Shown piece by piece: positions 8,517-15,741 of a stretch of 15,743 nt of DNA. Positions within the stretch are counted from its first letter, which is position 1, and each line of letters begins with the position of its first letter. The notes under the pieces are model-generated. The model had not been told where the DNA came from, ran no database searches, and saw nothing but the letters and a program-made list of their open reading frames with translations. This stretch comes from Polyangiaceae bacterium (GTDB taxonomy: Bacteria > Myxococcota_A > Polyangia > Polyangiales > Polyangiaceae). Position numbers and translations under genes: made by a program. The DNA is taken from NCBI GenBank assembly GCA_044222475.1, contig JBGANF010000165.1, forward strand, positions 1 through 15,743, read 5' to 3'.

Positions 8517-10445
8517 ATGGCCGACGCATCGATCCACTACCTGAGGTCGCTGTCCTACCGCTTCCCGACCATCGAGGCGGCCCTCGGCGAGATCGCTCAC
8601 CTGCGCGCCGTGCTCACGCTCCCGCGCGGGACCGTGCACGTCGTGAGCGACGTCCACGGCGAGTTCCGCAAGCTCGAGCACATCCTGCGCAACGGCTCGG
8701 GCACGCTGCGACCGCTCGTCGACCGGTTGTTCTCCGCCGAGCTCGACGCGGCCGGGCGCACGACGCTGCTGAACGCCATCTACTACCCGCGCGAGACCTT
8801 TCGGCGCGTCGTCGCCGGTCTGGCCACGCGCGAGGCGCGCGACGCCTTCGTGCACGACACTCTGCGGCGCGAGCTCTCGATGCTGCGGGAGCTCGCGGCG
8901 AGGTTCAGCCTGCGCCACGCCGAGCGGGTGATCCCTCGAGAGTACGCCGAGGTGTTCCGCGAGCTCCTCGGCGCGCCGGTGCTCTCGCGCGACGCGGCGT
9001 ACGTGGCCGCGCTCTTGTCGCCGTTCCTCGGGGAGGACGGCGGTCTCGAGCTGCTGCGCGCCACGTCGCACGCGGTGCGATCGTTCGCGGTGTACGAGCT
9101 CGTCCTCGGCGGAGATCTCGCGGACCGCGGGCCTCGCGTCGATCGCGTCATCGAGACGCTCCGGCATCAAGGCAACCTCTCGATCACGTGGGGCAACCAC
9201 GACGCCGAGTGGATGGGCGCGTGCCTCGGACAAGAGGCGCTCATCGCCACGGTGCTCCGCATCTCCCTGCGCTACGGGCGCATCGCCCAGCTCGAAGAGG
9301 GCTACGGCATCCCGGTCGAGCCGCTCGAGCTCCTCGCTCGCAGCGCGTATGGAGACGACCCGGCCGAGCGCTTTCGATCGAAGGGCGAAGATCTGCGGGA
9401 CGCGTTGCTCCTCGCGCGCATGCAGAAGGCCGCGGCCGTCCTCCAGTTCAAGTTGGAGGGCCACACGACGCGTCGGAACCCCGAGTTCGCCCTCGAGCAC
9501 CGCAACCTGCTCCACGCGATCGACCCCGCGGCCGGCACCGTCACGATCGACGGGCGCACGCACGCGCTGCTCGATCGATCGTTCCCGACCATCGACTGGA
9601 GCGACCCGTACCGCCTCTCCGAAGCCGAGGCGGCGTGCATGGCGCGCCTGAAGCAGTCGTTCCTCGCCAGCCCGACGCTCTGGCGCGACATGAGCTTCGT
9701 CGCGAACAAGGGATCGATGTACGCCATCCGCGACGAGATGGTCGTGTTCCACGGCTGCATGCCGAGCGACGCTTCGGGCGGCTTCGTCGAGCTCCCGGTC
9801 GACGGCGCTCCGCGCTCCGGCAAGGCCCTGTTCGACGCGCTCGATCGCGTCGTGCGGCGCGCGTTCCGCGAACGCAGCGAGAAGGACGTCGACGTCCTCT
9901 ATTACCTCTGGGCGGGGCCGCGCAGCCCGCTCTTCGGCAAGGACCGGATGGCCACGTTCGAGACGTACTTCGTCGCGGACAAGGCGACCCACAAGGAGAC
10001 GAAGGACCCGTACTTCGGCCTCATCCACGACGCGGCGTACTGCAAGAAGCTCGCGGTCGAGCTCGGCGTGGATCCGGAGCGCGTCCTGATCGTCAACGGC
10101 CACGTGCCGGTGAAGCTCGAAGCCGGCGAGTCGCCGCTGAAGAAGAGCGGGCTCGCGGTGACGATCGACGGCGCGTTCTCCGAGGCCTACGGCGACCACG
10201 GCTACACGTTGCTGTGGGGCGCCGACGGGACGTACCTCGCGAAGCACCACCACTTCGCCTCGATCGAGAGCGCGATCGAGCGCGGCGCGGACATCGTCCC
10301 CGAGATCCAGACGCTGCGAACGAGCGACGCTCCTCGGCGCGTGGCGGACACGCCGCGAGGCTTGGAGCTGAGAGAAGAGATCGCCGCGCTCGAGCGGCTC
10401 GTGCTCGCGTACCGCAACCGCGAGATCGAGCCGCCTCAGCGGTAG
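8517..10445 (+). CDS. fbp: Fructose-1,6-bisphosphatase class III (Firmicutes-type, metallophosphoesterase fold), 642 aa
   Basis: LTLPRGTVHVVSDVHGE, GDLADRG, WGNHDAEWMGA, LEEGYGI, FHGCMP, YLWAGPRSPLFGKDRMATFETYF and NGHVPVK..GESP...IDGAFSEAY match class III FBPase motifs and size. Confidence 0.9.
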   Translation: MADASIHYLRSLSYRFPTIEAALGEIAHLRAVLTLPRGTVHVVSDVHGEFRKLEHILRNGSGTLRPLVDRLFSAELDAAGRTTLLNAIYYPRETFRRVVAGLATREARDAFVHDTLRRELSMLRELAARFSLRHAERVIPREYAEVFRELLGAPVLSRDAAYVAALLSPFLGEDGGLELLRATSHAVRSFAVYELVLGGDLADRGPRVDRVIETLRHQGNLSITWGNHDAEWMGACLGQEALIATVLRISLRYGRIAQLEEGYGIPVEPLELLARSAYGDDPAERFRSKGEDLRDALLLARMQKAAAVLQFKLEGHTTRRNPEFALEHRNLLHAIDPAAGTVTIDGRTHALLDRSFPTIDWSDPYRLSEAEAACMARLKQSFLASPTLWRDMSFVANKGSMYAIRDEMVVFHGCMPSDASGGFVELPVDGAPRSGKALFDALDRVVRRAFRERSEKDVDVLYYLWAGPRSPLFGKDRMATFETYFVADKATHKETKDPYFGLIHDAAYCKKLAVELGVDPERVLIVNGHVPVKLEAGESPLKKSGLAVTIDGAFSEAYGDHGYTLLWGADGTYLAKHHHFASIESAIERGADIVPEIQTLRTSDAPRRVADTPRGLELREEIAALERLVLAYRNREIEPPQR

Positions 10446-10978
10446 GGCGTGCCCGGGGCCTCGAGCATCGCCCGGGCCGTGCGGACGGCGAACAGCCGGT
10501 CGCCGTCGAAGATCGGGCCGAGGAGCGTCGTGGAGAAGACCGCGGCCAGGAGCAGCGCGGTGCGGTCGTCGTCGCCGAGGCGCTCGACGTGCCACGTCGT
10601 CCGGCAGCGGCGCGCGAGGTCGAACATGCCCGCGCGCCCGCCGCGGAGATCGGCCTCGTCGGCGCGGGCCAGGTCGCGCTCGTCGGTGGGGCGCCCGAAG
10701 CAGAGGCGCACCCCGCCGGCGATCTCGGACGGGGCGACGACGATGCGGGCCGCGTCGCGCGCGGGCCAGTCGTAGCTGTACCGTTTTGGTACGGTGAGCC
10801 CGACCGTCGTCTTGAACCACCGCTCGGCGTTGGTGCGGAGCGCCGCGATCTCGAGGCGTGCGTCGGGCCGCTGAGCGAACACGATGAACGAACGGCTCGG
10901 AGGTTCGAGCGCGGCGTCCTCGCGGAGCAAGCCGTTCTCGTCGAGGAGCGTCGCGAACGCCTCGTCCTCGGCGCTCAC
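10436..10978 (-). CDS. Hypothetical protein (180 aa), translationally coupled to tatD
   Basis: The GTG start overlaps the tatD TGA (GTGA). It fills the gap between fbp and tatD, has globular-like composition, and overlaps the fbp 3' end by 10 bp. No motif recognised. Confidence 0.75.
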   Translation of the reverse strand: MSAEDEAFATLLDENGLLREDAALEPPSRSFIVFAQRPDARLEIAALRTNAERWFKTTVGLTVPKRYSYDWPARDAARIVVAPSEIAGGVRLCFGRPTDERDLARADEADLRGGRAGMFDLARRCRTTWHVERLGDDDRTALLLAAVFSTTLLGPIFDGDRLFAVRTARAMLEAPGTPYR

Positions 10979-11766
10979 GCGAACGACCGGCGGAAGCGGC
11001 GAGTCGCGTTCTCGCGCAGCGTGTCGGCGAGGTCGGCGAGCTCCACGCCGCGCAGCTCGGCCACGCGCTTCGCGGTGTGGACGACGAACGCGGGCTCGTT
11101 TTTCTTGCCCCGGAGGGGGACCGGCGCGAGGTACGGCGCGTCGGTCTCGACGTGGATGCGGTCCTTGGGGGCGCGCTTGGCGACGTCGTGCACCGACGTC
11201 GCGTTCTTGTAGGTGACGATCCCGGAGAACGACAGGTCGAAGCCGAGGTCGAGCGCGCGCGTCGCGAACGCCCAGTCCTCGCTGAAGCAGTGGATCAACC
11301 CGCCGACGTCGCGCGCGCCCTCGGCGTCGAGAACGGCGAGGGTGTCGGCCGGTGCTTCGCGGGTGTGGATCACGATCGGCTTGTTCACCGACCGAGCGAG
11401 CCCCACGAGCCGCGCGAACGCGGCCCGTTGCACGTCACGCGGGGAATGATCGTAGTGATAGTCGAGGCCGATCTCGCCGACCGCCACGACCTCGCTCCGG
11501 CGGGCGAGGACGTCGAGCTCGGCGAAGCTCGCGTCGTCGAGGGTGCTCGCGTCGTGCGGGTGAACCCCGACCGCGGCGGCGATCCGCTGGGGCTGCGCCG
11601 CCGCCAGCTCGACGGCGGCGCGCGCGGGGGCGAGCGTGCGGCCGACGCCGATCACGACGAAGCCGGAAACGCCTGCTGCGGCCGCGCGGTCGAGCGTCGC
11701 CGCCGGGCCCTCCGGCAGGTACTCGGGGTCGAGGTGACAATGTGTGTCGATGAACGATGCCGGCAC
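10975..11766 (-). CDS. tatD: TatD family metal-dependent hydrolase/nuclease (~263 aa)
   Basis: FIDTHCHLD, GVHPH, VAVGEIGLDYHY, PIVIHTREA, GLIHCFS, SFSGIVTY, ETDAPYLAPVPLRGKKNEP. GTG start at 11766, preceded by purine-rich GGGAAAAGGAA. Confidence 0.95.
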   Translation of the reverse strand: MPASFIDTHCHLDPEYLPEGPAATLDRAAAAGVSGFVVIGVGRTLAPARAAVELAAAQPQRIAAAVGVHPHDASTLDDASFAELDVLARRSEVVAVGEIGLDYHYDHSPRDVQRAAFARLVGLARSVNKPIVIHTREAPADTLAVLDAEGARDVGGLIHCFSEDWAFATRALDLGFDLSFSGIVTYKNATSVHDVAKRAPKDRIHVETDAPYLAPVPLRGKKNEPAFVVHTAKRVAELRGVELADLADTLRENATRRFRRSFA

Positions 11767-11832
11767 TTCCTTTTCCCTACCACTCGAACCAGGGCTGGCC
11801 AAGGCGGCCGGCGAGGCGCATGTTAAGAGGAA

Positions 11833-13134
11833 GTGCGGCGCTCCAGCGGCCAGTTTCGCGGATGGATTTGGGGGGCGTCGATCCTCGTCCACGTAGGCGT
11901 CGCCGCCGTCGTCACGGTGCTCGCGCATCGCACCCTCGCCGCGCGCGAAGCGGAGGAGGAAGCGCAGAAGCAGGCGCTCTCCCAGGAGCCGATCCCGATC
12001 GATCTCCCGCCGGCCGCCCTCGGCAACGTCGCGAGCGACGCCATCGAGGACCGCCGGGGCGACACGCCCATCGTCACCGGCGGCGCGAGCGTCGCGCGGC
12101 TCGACACCGGCAACGTCGGCCGCGGCGGAGATTCGACCGCGGCCGTCCAAGCGACCAACCTGAGCGATCGCGACGAGCGACTTCACCTCTCGCCCGACGC
12201 GGTGAGCCACCTCGATCGCGATCAGATCCAGCGGCTCCGCACCGCGCAGACGCGCGCCAGCTGGGAGGACCGCCGCGCGACGACGAACCCGATGGAGCTC
12301 ACGTTCCTCGCGACCGGTCTCGGCGACCGCGACGAGCGGCGGCGCGATTTCGCCGCCGACCCGAGCCGCGGAGCGAAGAAGAGCGCGCTCGCGAGCAAGC
12401 TCGGCGGGGCGCTCGGCGGCGCCACCGGTGTCGGTGACGACGGCTACGAGCCGAAGACCGGCGCGACCGTGCAAGGCAGCACGACCAGCACCGCCGGCCT
12501 CGGCGTGCACGACGGCGTCGAAGGTCGAGACCACCGCGCCGCGGCCGCGATCACCAGCGCGCGCCCCGACGTGACGCAAGGCCCCGTCACGATCCCCGCG
12601 ACCGATCACGCGCGACCGCGCGACGACGTCGACAGCAACCAAGCCGTCGCGACGACGCTCCAGTCGATCGTGCACGGCAGCTACGCGGGCGGGCTCCAAG
12701 GCGAGGGGCAGGGCGGCACTGGCGGCGGCGGCAGCGCGGGCGCGGGCGGCTCCACCGGCGCTGCGTCCCACGCCGCGCCGCTCGGTCTCGGCGACGGCGA
12801 CCTCTACGATCTCCAGACGTCGGACCCGCGCTTGCTCCCGTACTTTCGGAAGATCCACGCCAAGATCGAGCCGCTCTGGCAGAACGCGTTCCCCCGCAGC
12901 GCGATGCTCGACTTGAAGCAGGGCCTCGTCATCATCGAGTTCGAGGTCAAGCGCGACGGCAGCGCGATCGTGAAGTGGCCGCCGCTTCGTCCGAGCGGGA
13001 TCGACGAGTTCGATCGCAACTGCGCCGAGGCGATCCGCCGCGCCGCCCCGTTCGAGCCGATCCCGGTCGAGCTCGGCGTCAGTCGGCTCCGCATCCGCGC
13101 GCCGTTCTTCGCGTCGAACCCGATCGTCAAGTAG
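11833..13134 (+). CDS. TonB/TolA-family energy transducer-like protein with TonB C-terminal domain (433 aa)
   Basis: N-terminal TM with S-x3-H motif (ASILVHVG), long low-complexity Gly/Ala/Thr/Asp linker, and C-terminal YFRKIHAKIEPLW...GLVIIEFEVKRDGS...PSGIDEFDRNCAEAIRRAAPFEPIP. GTG 11833 is the only in-frame start between the stop at 11824 and the TM segment. Confidence 0.85.
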   Translation: MRRSSGQFRGWIWGASILVHVGVAAVVTVLAHRTLAAREAEEEAQKQALSQEPIPIDLPPAALGNVASDAIEDRRGDTPIVTGGASVARLDTGNVGRGGDSTAAVQATNLSDRDERLHLSPDAVSHLDRDQIQRLRTAQTRASWEDRRATTNPMELTFLATGLGDRDERRRDFAADPSRGAKKSALASKLGGALGGATGVGDDGYEPKTGATVQGSTTSTAGLGVHDGVEGRDHRAAAAITSARPDVTQGPVTIPATDHARPRDDVDSNQAVATTLQSIVHGSYAGGLQGEGQGGTGGGGSAGAGGSTGAASHAAPLGLGDGDLYDLQTSDPRLLPYFRKIHAKIEPLWQNAFPRSAMLDLKQGLVIIEFEVKRDGSAIVKWPPLRPSGIDEFDRNCAEAIRRAAPFEPIPVELGVSRLRIRAPFFASNPIVK

Positions 13135-13138
13135 GGTG

Positions 13139-13290
13139 GCGACTCATGGTTCGTGAGCGGAGCTCATCGAACGAGGGTGCCGAAGGAGGGATCGCTCATT
13201 CCTGTACGAGCGAAGCGAAGTACAGGAATGACGACGAGCGACTCATGGTTCGTGAGCGGAGCTCATCGAACGAGGGTGCCGAAGGAGGGA
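13139..13290. repeat. Two perfect 53-bp direct repeats (13139-13191, 13238-13290) including the tRNA-Met 3' end, separated by a 46-bp palindromic spacer
   Basis: GCGACTCATGGTTCGTGAGCGGAGCTCATCGAACGAGGGTGCCGAAGGAGGGA occurs twice with a 99-bp period. The last 14 nt of copy 2 (13277-13290) are the 3' end of the tRNA. Confidence 0.97.
13196..13231. repeat. Perfect 12-bp palindrome TCATTCCTGTAC-(GAGCGAAGCGAA)-GTACAGGAATGA; REP-like, possible bidirectional terminator
   Basis: Arms at 13196-13207 and 13220-13231 with a 12-nt loop, lying between the convergent TonB-like gene and the tRNA. No U-tract on either side. Confidence 0.85.
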
Positions 13291-13350
13291 GTCGAACCCC
13301 CGACCTAGCGCGTATGAAACGCCCGCTCTAACCAACTGAGCTACTTCGGC
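13277..13350 (-). tRNA. tRNA-Met (CAT), probably elongator; CCA not genomically encoded
   Basis: GCCGAAG TA GCTC AGTTGGTTA GAGC G GGCGT TTCATAC GCGCT AGGTC GGGGG TTCGACT CCCTC CTTCGGC A folds into a 74-nt cloverleaf. Paired G1-C72 and the lack of three consecutive G-C pairs in the anticodon stem exclude the initiator. The TTCATAC loop favours elongator Met over Ile2. It is followed by CCC, not CCA. Confidence 0.95.
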
Positions 13351-13383
13351 TGAGGCGCGCTTTCGAAGCGCGTCTGAGGCGCG

Positions 13384-13412
13384 GAGATAATACTCCGCCC
13401 CTGGCATGTAAA
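13384..13412 (-). promoter_or_regulatory. Candidate sigma70-type tRNA promoter TTTACA-N17-TATCTC with GC-rich discriminator
   Basis: -35 TTTACA at 13412-13407, 17-nt spacer, -10 TATCTC at 13389-13384 (overlapping TATTAT at 13392-13387), then CGCGCC, about 30 nt upstream of the tRNA. Confidence 0.55.
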
Positions 13413-13416
13413 GATC

Positions 13417-15741
13417 TTACGAGCGTCGGCGGCGCTTCCAGACAAGGAGCCCGAGGAGGGCGGCCGCCCCGTAGCCCATTCCGTCCCGTACCCGGCCGGC
13501 GCCGGCGGCGCTGTTGCAGTCGCAGCCGCCCCCGGCTCTGAGGTCGTCCGGATTCTGCGCGACGGGCAGGGTGCAGTCGAGCACCTGCGCCGCGCGCTTG
13601 ACGACTCCCTGGTCGAGCACGGTCGCGAAGTTTCCGGTGTTCCGGTTGTCGTGGTGGAAGCTCTCCCAGTTGATGACGCCCTTGTCGCTGCTCTGGGTGC
13701 GCCAGATGTAGAGGAAGCCGTTGCGCGTCGCGGTGACGACGTCGACGTTGCCGTCGCCGGTGACGTCGCCGATCGCGGGGCTCGAAGCGACCCAGCCGTT
13801 GGTGAACTTCGGCCAGCCCTTGGGCTCGCGCCCGCAGCCGTCGGCGGCGTGGACGAAGTAGACGCCGGTGCCGGTGATGACCTCGGGGTAGTCGTCGCCG
13901 TTGAGGTCGGCGACGGCGTGGTTGATGAGGAACTGGAAGTCCTCGAGCGGGACCGGCATGCCGGGCAGCATGGCCCCGGTCTTGCCGCTCCAGGCGGCGA
14001 GGAGGTGCTGCGAGCGGGTCGGCTTGCCGCCGCCTGCGAGCATCCCGATGAGGCTCAGCGAGCCGCCGCTCATGATGACGTCGGGCGTACCATCTTGGTC
14101 CAGGTCGCCGACCGACGGCACGCTGAAGAGCGGGAAGAACACGTCGGAGCGAGCGAGCGTCACCGCCCCGAAGATCGCGGTCGCCTCGAAGCCCTTTCCC
14201 GTGCCATCGGGACGGATCGGCAGCTGGTTGGGCGGATCCTCGAACTGGTTCTGCGTGCCCGGATCGGACTTCAGCACGATCGGCGGCGAGCCGTTGCCTT
14301 GGATCACGGTGTCGGCCACGCCGTCGCCGTCGAAGTCGGCGACGGCGGGCGACGCGTTGATGCCCTCACCGACGACCGGGAAGATGTGGATCGACGGCCT
14401 CAGGATCGGCCAGTTCGGGAGGTAGGGCGCGGGAGCCTTGGTGCCGCGGCCGTCGACCGCGAACAACGGCCCGGTGTTGCCTCCGCCGCCGAACTCTTCG
14501 TTCGAGCCGGTGATGACCTCGGGGTAGCCGTCCTTGTTGAGGTCGGCGACGGAGGGCGTCGTCATGATGCGGTTCGCCTTGTCGGGCTCGAGCGTCGTGT
14601 TTCCGACCTTGCGCGAGAAGTGGACGCGGACCGGCCAGCCGTCGACCATGCTGCCGTCGGCGTGGAAGACGTAGATGTTCCCGTCGAACGCGGCCTGGAC
14701 GATGTCGAGCTTGCCGTCCTTGTCCATGTCGACGAGGACCGGCGCGGCGTACGCGCCACGCGAGTAGTCGTGGCGGAGATCCATGCAGTCGCCCGCAGGC
14801 TTGGGCTTCGCCGGGTCGAGCGGGCACGACGGCACGAGCGCGAGCCGCTTGGGCCAGCCGGCGAGCGGCTTCCCCGTTCGATCGACGACGTACATCGTTC
14901 CGGCCCAGGTGGTGTAGACGACCTCGGGCTTACCGTCGCCGTCGAGATCGTCGACCGCCACGCCGCTCATGATCGACTCGCGCGCGACGTCGGCGTCGAC
15001 GCCGCCGGTCTTGCCGTTCTTGTAAGCCGTACCTTTCAGGTACGACGGTACGAACGGATCGGTGATCGCCGGGTTGAGCCCGTCGATGATGGCCGTGCGC
15101 AGCGGCCAACCGGCGATCTCCTTGGGCTCGTTCCCGCGCACGTTGAACGCGTGGATGGTGCCGTCGCTCGCGGGGAAGATGACGTCGCGCGTGCCGTCGC
15201 CGTCGAGGTCGGCGAGCTTCGCGTTGCCCTCGCCCGAAGCACCGAGGTCGACCGGGAAGCCGGAGACGAGATCCGGGTCCTCTCCGTTGATGGCGTTGGT
15301 GATCGAGACCGTGCGGCGCGCTTCGCCGCGGACGTCGCCAGAGGCGTAGTGTGCCACGGTGCGCACGCGGATCGTGATCGTGCGATCGTTCGGGCCCCAG
15401 CAGAAGCTCTTGTCCCGGTTGCACAGCTGCGCCGAGTCGAGATCGAGCACGCTCTTCGTGTCGATCTGGCGCGGATCGAACGAGGCGAGCGGAACGGCGT
15501 TTCCGCCGGTGATCGTGCCGGCGGGTACGTTCTTGACCTCGGTGATGAGCGGCTTGAAGGCCGCGTCGTCGGGATGGACCCCCGCGCCCCACTCGACGGC
15601 GTAGTCGTACGAGTTCGCTCGCGTCGCCGCGATGCGCCCCATGATCGCGATCGGGCCTTGCACGCGGCTCGCGAAGATCGGCTGGTACCAAGTGGGCGAC
15701 ACGATGTCGACCTCGGGCGGGATGCGCCCTTCCTTGACCAT
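13417..15741 (-). CDS. Large FG-GAP/VCBS-repeat extracellular protein with MYXO-CTERM-like C-terminal anchor (probably 5'-partial)
   Basis: Eight DxDxDG-type Ca-binding motifs (DLDGDG x2, DMDKDG, DLNKDG, DFDGDG, DLDQDG, DLNGDD, DVTGDG) interspersed with GWP/GFP motifs. The C-terminus is GGGCDC...AAALLGLLVWKRRRRS. The frame runs to the window edge with no signal peptide seen. Confidence 0.85.
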   Translation of the reverse strand: MVKEGRIPPEVDIVSPTWYQPIFASRVQGPIAIMGRIAATRANSYDYAVEWGAGVHPDDAAFKPLITEVKNVPAGTITGGNAVPLASFDPRQIDTKSVLDLDSAQLCNRDKSFCWGPNDRTITIRVRTVAHYASGDVRGEARRTVSITNAINGEDPDLVSGFPVDLGASGEGNAKLADLDGDGTRDVIFPASDGTIHAFNVRGNEPKEIAGWPLRTAIIDGLNPAITDPFVPSYLKGTAYKNGKTGGVDADVARESIMSGVAVDDLDGDGKPEVVYTTWAGTMYVVDRTGKPLAGWPKRLALVPSCPLDPAKPKPAGDCMDLRHDYSRGAYAAPVLVDMDKDGKLDIVQAAFDGNIYVFHADGSMVDGWPVRVHFSRKVGNTTLEPDKANRIMTTPSVADLNKDGYPEVITGSNEEFGGGGNTGPLFAVDGRGTKAPAPYLPNWPILRPSIHIFPVVGEGINASPAVADFDGDGVADTVIQGNGSPPIVLKSDPGTQNQFEDPPNQLPIRPDGTGKGFEATAIFGAVTLARSDVFFPLFSVPSVGDLDQDGTPDVIMSGGSLSLIGMLAGGGKPTRSQHLLAAWSGKTGAMLPGMPVPLEDFQFLINHAVADLNGDDYPEVITGTGVYFVHAADGCGREPKGWPKFTNGWVASSPAIGDVTGDGNVDVVTATRNGFLYIWRTQSSDKGVINWESFHHDNRNTGNFATVLDQGVVKRAAQVLDCTLPVAQNPDDLRAGGGCDCNSAAGAGRVRDGMGYGAAALLGLLVWKRRRRS

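Noticed and set aside
136..13134. Genomic island integrated at tRNA-Met
   Set aside because: The only copy of the tRNA 3' end seen is 99 bp away, there is no integrase, and the genes are housekeeping-like with uniform composition.
13139..13290. Repeat-spacer-repeat as a minimal CRISPR array
   Set aside because: There are only two repeats, they are 53 bp long and contain a tRNA 3' end, the spacer is itself a palindrome, and no cas genes are present.
12975..13331. 118-aa ORF with duplicated peptide RLMVRERSSSNEGAEGG
   Set aside because: It is a translation of the 99-bp-period DNA repeat, overlaps the TonB-like gene out of frame and runs antisense into the tRNA.
13277..13350. Initiator tRNA-fMet or tRNA-Ile2 identity
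   Set aside because: The 1-72 pair and the absence of three G-C anticodon-stem pairs exclude fMet. Ile2 is less likely given the TTCATAC loop but needs tRNAscan-SE isotype models to exclude fully.
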